Shown: in pieces, positions 29,631 to 38,777 of the stretch
Numbering within the stretch: position 1 is the first letter of the stretch
Layout: every line of letters begins with the position of its first letter
NCBI GenBank assembly: GCA_963796655.1
Contig: CAWCML010000012.1
Location: forward strand, 7,401-71,400
Reading direction: 5' to 3'
Length of the DNA stretch: 64,000 nt
Source: an uncultured Gemmatimonadaceae bacterium
GTDB lineage: Bacteria; Gemmatimonadota; Gemmatimonadetes; Gemmatimonadales; Gemmatimonadaceae
Notes under the pieces: generated by a model
What the model was told of the DNA's origin: nothing
Databases searched by the model: none
Seen by the model: only the letters and a program-made list of their open reading frames with translations
Program-made: the position numbers and the translations under genes

Positions 29631-31971
29631 ATGATTCTCGCTCTCCTTGGCGCGTTCCAGGTGGCCGCCGCCACCCCGCGCGTGCCGGAACCGCTCATAT
29701 ACAACGGTCGCCTCGGACAGACCAACGTCCGGGCGCCGCAGCTCGACGCCTCGCCGACCATCGACGGGCGACTCGACGAACCGGTGTGGCAACGCGCCGC
29801 CGTGCTCACCGGGTTCTCCGAGTACGCCCCGGCCGACCAGCGGCCCAGCCCCGACTCCACCGAAGTCCTGGTGTGGTACTCGCACGAGGCGATCTACTTC
29901 GGGATCAAGGCGTACGAGCCGCACGGCGCGGTGCGCGCCACACTCGCCGAACGCGACAACGTCAGCGCCGACGACAACACCGAGATCCACCTCGACACGT
30001 ACCACGAAGGCAATCGCGCCTACGTATTCGTCGTCAATGCGCTCGGCGTGCAGGCCGACGGGCTCAAGAACGAACAGGGCGGCTACACCCCCGGCTCCAA
30101 CGTCGCGCCCGGACAGAACGATCTCACCCCCGACTACATCTGGGAGTCCAAGGGGCGCGTCACGTCGTGGGGGTACGAGGTCGAAGTCCGCATCCCGTTC
30201 AACTCGCTGCGCTACCCCAGCGCGTCGCTGCAGGACTGGGGCATTCAGATCGAGCGCAACGTGCAGCACAACGGCTATCAGGAAACGTGGACCGAGGCGC
30301 ACAAGGCGTCCGCGAGCTTCATCGCCCAGGAAGGCACGCTGGTCGGCATGTCGGGCATGCATCACGGGCAGGTCGTGGGCTTGAACCCCGAGTTGACCAA
30401 CACGACCACCGGATCGCCGTGCTGCGCCCCCGCGGACGCCGGGTGGCGCTACGCCTCCAAGCAGAACCTGGGCGGCAACGTCCGGTGGGCCATGGGCAGC
30501 AACTTCGTGCTCAACGGGACCGTGAAGCCCGACTTCTCGCAGGTCGAGGCCGACGCCACCCAGATTGCCGCCGACGAACGGTTCGCCCTCTACTATCCCG
30601 AGAAGCGCCCCTTCTTCGTGGAGGGCTCCGATCAGTTCAACGTGCCGAACACGCTGTATTACACGCGCACCATCGTGCAGCCGAACGCGGCGGCCAAGCT
30701 GACCGGTAAGCTGGGCCGCACCGACATCGCGTTCCTGTCGGCCGTCGACGGCGGCGCCACGACGCCCACCGGCGCGGCCCCGCTCGTGGACGTGCTGCGC
30801 CTCCGGCGCGGGTTCGGCACCCAGAGCACCTTCGGGATGATGTACAGCGACCGCGTGGGCGGCGGGCGGTCGAACCGCGTGGCGGACGCCGACCTGCACT
30901 GGGTGTTCGATCCGCGAACCTACGCCCAGTTCCAGGCGGTGATGAGTTCCACCACCCAGGGCGGGAGCACGCAGAACGCGCCGATGTGGGAAGCCGTGAT
31001 GGACGGCACGGGCCGCAGCTTCGGCTTTCACTACAACCTGCTCGGCGTCGGCAACGGGTTCGCCGACGACAACGGGTTCGTGCAGCGTACGGGGATCGTC
31101 CAGCCCGGGATGTCCAACCGCCTCTCGATCTACGGCGCCCCGGGGGCGTTCCTGGAACGGGTCAACGTCATGCTCATGACTTCGGCGGTGTTCCGCTACG
31201 ACGACTTCTTCGCCGGCCGGCACCTGCTCGAGGACAAGATCGATCCGAACACGTCGTTCACGTTTCGCGGCGGCTGGTCCTTCTCCGTATCGCCGAATCT
31301 GGCCAGCTACGCGTTCGACCCCTCGGCGTACACGTCGGACTTCGTGGGCAGCGCGACGTCGGCGACCCCCTTCGTCCCGTCGCCGCGTATCACGACCTTC
31401 ACCACGCAGTGGAAGCTCTCCACGCCGCAGTACCAGCACTACGCGGCGTCCGCCTCCGTGACCAGCGGCAACGACGTGGACTTTCTCGAGACCGCGCGCG
31501 TGCACCGGCTGGACTACACGGCCGGCCTCGACCTGCGTCCCACCCAGCAGCTCCGCGTCAGCGCCACCTATCAGAGCAGCAGCTTCACCCGGCAGCGCGA
31601 CGGCGTGCGCTCGCTGCTCGACGAGCATCCCGTATCTCAAGGTCGAGTATCAGCTCAGCCGCTCGATCTTCTTCCGCGTCGTGGCGCAGTACACGGCCAG
31701 TAAGCGCGAGCCGCTCCTCGATTGGCAGACGGGAGCGCCGATTCGGTACGACAGCAGCGGGACCTTCGTCCCCTATGGCGCGTCGGTGTCGAATGCGCTC
31801 CGCGCCGACTGGTTGTTCTCCTACCGGCCGACGCCGGGGACCGTGTTCTATTTCGGCTACGGCAACACGATGACCGAGCCCGATCCGCTGCGGTTTCAGG
31901 AGCTGCGTCGGGTAAGCGACGGGTTCTTCGTGAAGGGGAGTTATCTGTTCCGGGCCCTCGGCGGAACGTGA
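29631..31971 (+). pseudogene. DUF5916 / CBM9-like domain outer-membrane-type protein; one +1 shift near 31635
   Basis: IDGRLDEPVWQRAAVLTGFSEYAPADQRP...VLVWYSHEAIYFGIKAY (CBM9-like), then a long beta-rich region. C-terminus YFGYGNTM...GFFVKGSYLF in ORF 31681..31971. Confidence 0.75.
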
Positions 31972-32066
31972 GGCGGCGTGGCCGCCGGTCGGTCCGGGGA
32001 ATTGAGCTCCCCATGCCCCAACGATCGGCGGCAACGGTCGGGCCGCCCCTGGTGTCCCATAGGCAG

Positions 32067-32085
32067 CCTTGGTATGATACCTAGG
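32067..32085. promoter_or_regulatory. 19-bp near-perfect palindrome upstream of padR (candidate operator, contains a TATGAT -10-like hexamer)
   Basis: CCTTGGTATgATACCTAGG, with one mismatched pair. Its 3' end is 47 nt upstream of the PadR ATG. Confidence 0.35.
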
Positions 32086-32131
32086 TCCGCTATGTGAACC
32101 ACCGCGTCACCTGCTTTCGGGACCGACCGTC

Positions 32132-32476
32132 ATGGCCAACCGCTCGCTCGACTTCCTTCGCGGCACGCTCGACCTGATGATTCTCAAGACACTCTCGTGG
32201 GGGCCGGCGCACGGCTACGGCATCGCCCGCTGGATCGAGCAGTGCACCGACGACGTCCTGCAGGTGGAGGAGGGTTCGCTCTACCCTGCCCTGCACAAGC
32301 TCGAGGACCGGGGGCTGATCGGCGCCGACTGGGGCATCACCGAGCACAACCGCCGCGCCAAGTTCTACCGGCTGACCGCCGCCGGGCGGAAGGAGTTGCA
32401 GGCGTCGCGCGACAGTTGGACGCGGTTCGCCACCGCCGTGGCGCGGGTCCTCGATACGGCCCCAGCGACCGCCTGA
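32132..32476 (+). CDS. PadR family transcriptional regulator (acidobacterial-type, ADOP-associated)
   Basis: 114 aa. LRGTLDLMILKTLSWGPAHGYGIARWIEQ...EGSLYPALHKLEDRGLI...GITEHNRRAKFYRLTAAG. Confidence 0.9.
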   Translation: MANRSLDFLRGTLDLMILKTLSWGPAHGYGIARWIEQCTDDVLQVEEGSLYPALHKLEDRGLIGADWGITEHNRRAKFYRLTAAGRKELQASRDSWTRFATAVARVLDTAPATA

Positions 32477-32571
32477 CGCGCGACCATCCAGCATGCCCCG
32501 GCACCCCAGCGCCCCCGAACCCCCGACACCCGCAGGACCTGTCTCCCGCGCCCAACGCGCGCGCCGCGGCG

Positions 32572-35196
32572 ATGTGGGGCCGATACCTGCGCTTCTGGGG
32601 ACCGCGGGCGGACGCCGACGTGGACGACGAACTGGAATTCCACCGTGACATGCGCGTGCACGACTACGTGGCGCGTGGGATGACCGAAGCCGAGGCGCGC
32701 CGCGCGGTGGCGCGCCGGCTGGGAGACCTTCACCGCGTTCGCACGGAATGCATCGCCATCAACACGAGGAGGAACCGTCGTATGGCTCGCGCGCATATGA
32801 TCGACGCCGCCCTGCAGGACATCCGCTTCGGGGCGCGCGCCATGCTGCGCCAGAAGGGATGGACGGCGGTGGCCGTGATCACCCTCGCCCTCGGGATCGG
32901 CGCGAACACTGCCGTGTTCAGCGTGGTGAACAATCTCGTGCTCCACCCGATCGACTACCCGAACGCCGACCGTCTCGCGGTGGTGTTTCAGCAGCCGCGA
33001 CAGAATTCGGTGAGCGGCGTGAGCGTGTATCTCGTGCCGCAAACGCCGGTGCTCAGGGCGTGGCGCGCCGGTTCGCACGCCTTCGAGGACCTGGAAGGGT
33101 TCTCGCCGATGACTCGAATCCTGCGGTCGGGGAACGGCGACGCGCAGACGGTCAACGCCGCGCTGGTGGAACCCGGGCTGGCGGCGTTCACGGGAAAGCA
33201 TCCGCTCCGCGGACGCTACTTCACCGACCGGGACGTGGAGTCGCGGGCCGACGTCGCGATTCTCAGCGAAGGATTCTGGCACACCCGCTTCGGCGGCGCC
33301 GACAGCACGATCGGCCGTACCATATCCCTCGACCGCAAGTCATACACGGTCATCGGTGTCATGCCGGCGGGGTTTCAACTGCCATCACTCCTCCAGACCT
33401 CGACGGACGTGTTTCTTCCGCTCGACGTGCACGACGATCAGATCGGCGTGACGATGATCGGACGCCTGCGCCCGGGGGCGACGCCCGATGCGGCAGCGCG
33501 CGAACTCGACACGATCTCCGCGCACATGCCGGGCGCCGGGAAACAGCTCGACTACGTGGCGTCGGTGGTGCCACCAGGGCGCGTACTGCGCTTCCGCGAC
33601 TCGCTCATGCTCTTTGCGGCGGCCGCGGCCCTCGTCTTGATCATCGCCTGCGCCAACGTCGCGCATCTGTTGCTGGCGCGCGGTGCGGCACGCGAACGCG
33701 AGATGGCAATCCGGGCGGCCGTCGGCGCCGGACGCGGCCGGCTCGTACGCCAGCTGCTCGCCGAGAGTCTGCTGTTGGCCAGCGTCGGGTGTCTGGCCGG
33801 GATCGGATTCGGATGGCTCGGCCTGCGCGCCGTCGTCGCCATGCGCCCCCAGTCGCTCTCGCAGCTGTCGGCCGTGCGCCTGGACGGGCTCACCCTGCTG
33901 GTTGCCCTCGGGCTCGCAGTCGTCACCGGCGTGGTGGTGGCGCTCGTCGGGGCGTGGCAGGCCGCGCGCCTCGCGTCACCCGAAGCGCTGCGCGTGGGCG
34001 CGCCGACATCGGCTGGCGTGCGCCACGCGCGCGTGCGCTCGGCGCTGGTGATCACCGAAATGGCGCTCAGCACCACGCTCCTCGTGGGTGCGGCGCTCCT
34101 CATCAAGAGCTTCGCCCATCTGCAGTTCACGGATCCCGGGTTCCAGCCGCAGGGGCTCTACGCGCTGTCCCCCGATCTTTCGGCCACGTCGGACACGACG
34201 AACGCCCTGCGATGGGCGTTCGCCGACCGCCTGGCCGAGCGCGCGCGCGCGATCCCGGGCGTTCGAGGGGTGACCGTGGCGACCACGTCGCCGCCGGGGC
34301 GCAACTTCACCATCGGCGCCCTGCAGATCGAGGGACAGCCCGTGCCGGACGGGAGCGCGACGAGCTTCGTGAACACCCTCGGCGTTCGCCCGGACTTCTT
34401 CTCGCTGGTCGGACTGCGCTTCGTTGCCGGCGGAACGTTCACCGACACGACCGCGGTCGGCGCGCAGGTGATCGTCAACGACGGGATGGCGCGCAGGTTC
34501 TGGCCGCGCGAGTCGGCGCTCGGTCGGCGGTTGCGGGTCACGCACCAGGGCCAGGGAAATTGGCTGACGATCGTGGGGGTGGTGGACGACGCGGCCACGG
34601 GCGGGATGTTGATGCAGCGCACCGATCCGGTGCTGTACGTGCCACCCCAATCATACTTCTCGCCGACGCTCATCGCGCGCGTCGACAACCCGGCTGCGGC
34701 CCTCCCGGCCATCCGCGGCATCGCGCGAGATATGAACGCTGCGATCCCCCCCGTCGACCTCAGCAACGTCGCCGACGACATGGCCGGCAGTCTGGCCAGC
34801 ACGCGCTTCACGATGCTCATGCTCGTCGTCTTCACCGGCATCGCCGTCCTGCTCGCGTCGGTGGGCTTGTACGGCGTGATGGCCTACTCGGTGGCGCAGC
34901 GCTCGCGCGAGATCGGCATCCGCATCGCGCTCGGCGCCACGGCGGGGCGTGTAGCGCGTGGCGTCGTGGGACGCGGCGCGGCGCTCGGCGTGATCGGTGT
35001 CGTGCTGGGGCTCGTCGCCGCGAGCTGGGCGACGAAGCTGCTGTCGAATATGCTGGCGGGGGTTGCGCAGCACGACCCGGCGTCATTCGGCGCGGCGGCG
35101 GTCGTGCTGCTGCTCACGGCAATCCTCGCCTGCGTGGCGCCTATGATGCGCGCCGCGCGTGTGGACCCGATCGTGGCGATGCGCGCCGACATCTGA
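32572..35196 (+). CDS. ADOP family duplicated permease (permease-prefix domain, MacB-like periplasmic domains, two FtsX modules)
   Basis: 874 aa from [55 protein letters not shown]. Two FtsX-like 4-TM blocks. C-terminus AARVDPIVAMRAD. Confidence 0.85.
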   Translation: MWGRYLRFWGPRADADVDDELEFHRDMRVHDYVARGMTEAEARRAVARRLGDLHRVRTECIAINTRRNRRMARAHMIDAALQDIRFGARAMLRQKGWTAVAVITLALGIGANTAVFSVVNNLVLHPIDYPNADRLAVVFQQPRQNSVSGVSVYLVPQTPVLRAWRAGSHAFEDLEGFSPMTRILRSGNGDAQTVNAALVEPGLAAFTGKHPLRGRYFTDRDVESRADVAILSEGFWHTRFGGADSTIGRTISLDRKSYTVIGVMPAGFQLPSLLQTSTDVFLPLDVHDDQIGVTMIGRLRPGATPDAAARELDTISAHMPGAGKQLDYVASVVPPGRVLRFRDSLMLFAAAAALVLIIACANVAHLLLARGAAREREMAIRAAVGAGRGRLVRQLLAESLLLASVGCLAGIGFGWLGLRAVVAMRPQSLSQLSAVRLDGLTLLVALGLAVVTGVVVALVGAWQAARLASPEALRVGAPTSAGVRHARVRSALVITEMALSTTLLVGAALLIKSFAHLQFTDPGFQPQGLYALSPDLSATSDTTNALRWAFADRLAERARAIPGVRGVTVATTSPPGRNFTIGALQIEGQPVPDGSATSFVNTLGVRPDFFSLVGLRFVAGGTFTDTTAVGAQVIVNDGMARRFWPRESALGRRLRVTHQGQGNWLTIVGVVDDAATGGMLMQRTDPVLYVPPQSYFSPTLIARVDNPAAALPAIRGIARDMNAAIPPVDLSNVADDMAGSLASTRFTMLMLVVFTGIAVLLASVGLYGVMAYSVAQRSREIGIRIALGATAGRVARGVVGRGAALGVIGVVLGLVAASWATKLLSNMLAGVAQHDPASFGAAAVVLLLTAILACVAPMMRAARVDPIVAMRADI

Positions 35197-35208
35197 CGCG
35201 CCGAACCG

Positions 35209-35484
35209 CTAACCCCGACCGTTGAGGAACCGTGCGGCGAGTGTCACCATGCGCTCGTTCCCCTCGGCCTCGGCGCGCACCATGAGCTTCCGCACGTGCG
35301 TCTTGAGCTTCTCGTCGCCCCACCTGTAGCCCGTGGCCTGCTCGGCGCTGTACGAGTTGCCCACGTCGGCACCCTCGAGCAGCGCCTGCGCGGCAGCCTC
35401 GTCGTAGCCGGGGTCGTCGCGCGGTGGGAGCACGTAGCGCGGCTCGGGCTCGTTGGCGTCTTCGTTGACGAATGCGCGAGACAT
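35209..35484 (-). CDS. hypothetical small acidic protein (91 aa)
   Basis: MSRAFVNEDANEPEPRYVLPP... Good GC3 codon bias. No family recognised. Confidence 0.4.
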   Translation of the reverse strand: MSRAFVNEDANEPEPRYVLPPRDDPGYDEAAAQALLEGADVGNSYSAEQATGYRWGDEKLKTHVRKLMVRAEAEGNERMVTLAARFLNGRG

Positions 35485-35603
35485 GTCGCACGTATAGCGA
35501 CTTTCGCCGGGAAGTGTAAGATGGGGGCAGTCGACGGTTGGACAGTCACCCCACGCGTGTCGCTTCCCCACCGGCTCACCCCCTCCCCCTTCCTCCACCT
35601 CCC

Positions 35604-36443
35604 ATGCCCTCCTCGGCCAAACGCAATCTCACGACGTACCTCGTCCTCACCTTCGGCCTGAGCAGCATCTTCTACACGCTGATCATCCGGGCCGGGACGC
35701 TGTCCGCCGGGCACGGATTGTACGTGTTCGGCCTCATGTGGTGCCCCGGCACCGCCGGCATCCTCACGATGCTGATCAACACGCACAGCCTGCGCGGCAT
35801 GGGTTGGGGGTTGGGCCGCCCCAAGTGGCTCGCGCTCGCGTATCTGCTCCCCGTCGCGTACGCGGGAGTCGCCTACGGCGTGGTGTGGGCCGCCGGCTGG
35901 GGCGCATTCACGACCGCGCACCTGCCGCAGGGCACGACGATCGCGAAGTTCGTCGGCGTCTCCGCCACGCTCGGCGTCTGCATGTCGCTGCTCAGTGCCA
36001 CGGGCGAGGAGATCGGCTGGCGCGGTGTGCTCGTGCCGCAGCTCTCCCGCGTGACGGGGTTCACCGGCACCGCACTCATCAGCGGCGGCATCTGGGCGCT
36101 CTGGCACACACCGGTGCTGCTGTTCGCCGACTACAACTCCGGTACCCCCTGGTGGTTCGGCCTGACGTGCTTCGCCGTCATGGTGCTGGGCATCGGCACC
36201 GCCTTCGCGTGGATCCGCCTGCGCTCGGGCAGCCTGTGGACCGGCGCCCTCCTCCACGCCAGCCACAACCTGTTCATTCAGGGCATCTTCGACCGCATGA
36301 CGGCCGATACCGGACACACGGCGTGGATCACCGGCGAGTTCGGGGCGGCGCTCGCGCTGTGCGCCATCGTGGTCGGATTGCTCTTCTGGCAGCGTCGGGC
36401 TGCCCTCGGACCGCTGCCGGCGGAGCCGCAACCCGCGGCATAG
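35604..36443 (+). CDS. CPBP family intramembrane glutamic endopeptidase (CAAX protease-like)
   Basis: ATGEEIGWRGVL (EExxxR), IWALWH and LLHASHN are motifs 1-3 of CPBP. Polytopic. Confidence 0.85.
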   Translation: MPSSAKRNLTTYLVLTFGLSSIFYTLIIRAGTLSAGHGLYVFGLMWCPGTAGILTMLINTHSLRGMGWGLGRPKWLALAYLLPVAYAGVAYGVVWAAGWGAFTTAHLPQGTTIAKFVGVSATLGVCMSLLSATGEEIGWRGVLVPQLSRVTGFTGTALISGGIWALWHTPVLLFADYNSGTPWWFGLTCFAVMVLGIGTAFAWIRLRSGSLWTGALLHASHNLFIQGIFDRMTADTGHTAWITGEFGAALALCAIVVGLLFWQRRAALGPLPAEPQPAA

Positions 36444-36578
36444 CGGCCCCCCGCCCCCGCCACCGCCCGTGACGCCGGTCACGGGCGCCCTGCCGTTCGC
36501 CCCGTCCTTTCGCCTGTCCGACGGGCCGACTGCCTCAATTTCCGACGGTCCGGCTTGACAATCTCCGACTCGGCCCCT

Positions 36579-36602
36579 AGTGTACCAGCGCACTAGTACA
36601 CT
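36579..36602. promoter_or_regulatory. candidate YtrA/GntR operator: inverted repeat AGTGTAC ... GTACACT
   Basis: ctAGTGTACcagcgcactaGTACACTgg, 11-34 nt upstream of the GntR ATG. It is unusually AT-rich for this sequence. Confidence 0.4.
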
Positions 36603-36612
36603 GGTTCTCGGA

Positions 36613-36999
36613 ATGCTCATAGCCATCGATCCCGCCGACCCCCGCCCCATTTACGTCCAGATCATGGACGAGGTCCGCCGCGCCCTGGTCGTCGGCACGC
36701 TGTCGCCCGACGACGCGCTGCCGTCGGTTCGGCAGCTCGCGGTGGACCTGCGCGTCAATCCGAACACGGTGGCCCAGGCGTACCGCGAGCTGGAGCGCGA
36801 CGGCGTGGTGCACGTGAAGCGCGGCCAGGGCACGTTCGTGAACGACGTCGGCGTGAACGGCAAGCAGAAGCGCACCATTGCCCGTGAGGTCGCCACGCGC
36901 GCGTTGCGCGACGCACACCGCAACGGGGTGGGCGCCGACGATCTGATCAAGGCGATTCAGGCGGCTTCCAGCAAATCCAACGGAAAGGACGGCCGATGA
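36613..36999 (+). CDS. GntR family transcriptional regulator (YtrA subfamily)
   Basis: 128 aa. PIYVQIMDEVRRALVVGTLSPDDALPSVRQLAVDLRVNPNTVAQAYRELERDGVVHVKRGQGTFV. Short C-terminus typical of YtrA. Confidence 0.85.
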   Translation: MLIAIDPADPRPIYVQIMDEVRRALVVGTLSPDDALPSVRQLAVDLRVNPNTVAQAYRELERDGVVHVKRGQGTFVNDVGVNGKQKRTIAREVATRALRDAHRNGVGADDLIKAIQAASSKSNGKDGR

Positions 37000-37928
37000 T
37001 GACTTCTCTCCCCACGAAGCTGGCGGATGGGCCGTTGGCGGTGGCCACCCGCGAACTGACGAAGCGCTTCCGCACGGTGACGGCGCTCAACGGGCTGGGA
37101 CTGCAGGTGCCGGAAGGTGCGGTGTACCTGCTGATCGGCCCCAACGGAGCGGGCAAGAGCACGACGCTGCGCCTGCTGCTCGACCTCGTGCGCGCCGACG
37201 CCGGCTCGGCGTCGGTGTTCGGGCTCGACGTGGTTGCCGACGGTTCGCGCGTGCGCGCCAACGTGGGCTACGTGCCCGAGCACCACGAGTGGGGCTACGG
37301 CTGGATGCGCGTGGGCCAGTTGCTGCGGCATCACGCCGAGTATTTCCGCGCCTGGGACGAGGCGTACGCCCTGCGACTGGCGGCCCAGTTCGAAGTCGAG
37401 CCTGACCGCAAGATGGGAGATCTGTCCAAAGGGCAGTCGCGGCGGGTGCACCTCATTATGGCCTTGGCGCACCGCCCCCCGCTTCTGCTGCTCGACGAGC
37501 CGATTGACGGACTCGACCCGATCATGCGCGACGAGACCCTCGGCGTGCTTGCCAATCATCTGAGTGAATCGCCGACGACCGTGGTGATCTCGACGCACCA
37601 CGTGGACGAGATCGACAGCCTGGTGGACCACGTGGGCGCCATGCGCGGCGGCGAGTTGCGCGCCCAGCTCTCCCTCGCCGACCTGCAGGCCGGGCTCCGC
37701 CGCTACCGGGCGGAGGTGCCCGTCGGCTGGGCAGGCGTCCCGACGCTCAACGGTGCCGTGCTGCGGCGCGTCGACGGCCCGCGCGAGGTGCAGTGGACGG
37801 TGTGGGGCCGCGAGGCGGACGTCACCACTCAATTTTCGCGGGCCGGCGCGACGCTGCGCGACGTGGCGCCGGTGACGCTGCACGAAGCGACGCTGGCGCT
37901 GTTGAACCCCAAGGTGGAGCGGGTATGA
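36996..37928 (+). CDS. ABC transporter ATP-binding protein
   Basis: Walker A GPNGAGKST, signature LSKGQSRR, Walker B LLLLDEP. ATGA overlap with the GntR gene. Confidence 0.9.
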   Translation: MMTSLPTKLADGPLAVATRELTKRFRTVTALNGLGLQVPEGAVYLLIGPNGAGKSTTLRLLLDLVRADAGSASVFGLDVVADGSRVRANVGYVPEHHEWGYGWMRVGQLLRHHAEYFRAWDEAYALRLAAQFEVEPDRKMGDLSKGQSRRVHLIMALAHRPPLLLLDEPIDGLDPIMRDETLGVLANHLSESPTTVVISTHHVDEIDSLVDHVGAMRGGELRAQLSLADLQAGLRRYRAEVPVGWAGVPTLNGAVLRRVDGPREVQWTVWGREADVTTQFSRAGATLRDVAPVTLHEATLALLNPKVERV

Positions 37929-38731
37929 CGACGATATCGTTGCACGAGACGCCCGAGTGGTCCGCGGTGGTCCGCCAGCAGTTGCGGGCGGTGGGTGGAT
38001 CGCTGCGCTGGGCCGGTCTGTTGTTGCTCGGCATCGCGGTGGTCCTCTGGATCGCCGTGGCGGTGGCCGCGGGGCAGGCGGCCGCGCACGCATCCCCGCC
38101 CCTGGGGTTTGCCTTCGATCCGGCCATGACGCTACCCGTGTTCCTCCTCGGGATGTTCGCCGCGGCCGCCGTGTGGCAGCGCGAGGAGCCGTCCCGACGC
38201 GGCTACCATCTCGCCATGCCCATCGCCGGGCCCTCACACACGGTGATTCGCGTGTTCGCGGGTTGGGCGTGGTGCATGGTGGCCGTGGTCGGCTACTGGG
38301 TTGCCCTCTGGACATTGGGCGGGCTGATCGTCCTCATCGCCAAGGGCACGTTCGCGGCGAATCTCACGCCGTGGCTCTTCGCCGAACCGTTCGCAGCCGC
38401 AACGATGACCTACCTGCTCACGTCGATCGTCATGATCCTCGCCGAACGTCCCGGCGCGTGGATCGTCTCACTCCCCGTGGGACTGATGGTTCTGTTCGCG
38501 CTACCCGACGTGTACCACGCACGCGCGCTGTCGGCGCTCTTCGCGCGAATCCTCGACTCGCCATTCAGTCCGACCACGCCATTCTGGGCGGTCTATCGGA
38601 CCATGTCGGCCGACCACCGCCACTGGCTATATCACTGGCAGCACGACATCGCCGGTACGGCGATCTGGACCACCGTCGGCCTCGTCGGCGTCTGGTTCGC
38701 CGCTAGGCGCCGGCCGTCGGCGACGAAGTAG
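37925..38731 (+). CDS. hypothetical polytopic membrane protein (probable permease partner of the ABC ATPase)
   Basis: 268 aa with about 6 hydrophobic helices. ATGA overlap with the ATPase stop (37925-37928). Confidence 0.55.
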   Translation: MTTISLHETPEWSAVVRQQLRAVGGSLRWAGLLLLGIAVVLWIAVAVAAGQAAAHASPPLGFAFDPAMTLPVFLLGMFAAAAVWQREEPSRRGYHLAMPIAGPSHTVIRVFAGWAWCMVAVVGYWVALWTLGGLIVLIAKGTFAANLTPWLFAEPFAAATMTYLLTSIVMILAERPGAWIVSLPVGLMVLFALPDVYHARALSALFARILDSPFSPTTPFWAVYRTMSADHRHWLYHWQHDIAGTAIWTTVGLVGVWFAARRRPSATK

Positions 38732-38777
38732 CAACCCGGGAACGCCGCATGGCGACCCGACTCCCCGACGCCCCCCG

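Noticed and set aside
29163-31640. 825-aa minus-strand ORF
   Set aside because: It is antisense to the DUF5916/CBM9 gene. Its composition is low-complexity (R/G/V/H) with no motifs. The same reasoning applies to 44835..47603(+), 47314..48693(+), 59910..62306(-), 40404..41321(+) and 24906..25760(+).
32197-32571. N-terminal extension of the ADOP permease ORF overlapping padR
   Set aside because: The extension is out-of-frame padR sequence (Arg/Pro-rich). The family's characteristic prefix (MWGRYLRFWG...DDELEFH) begins at 32572.
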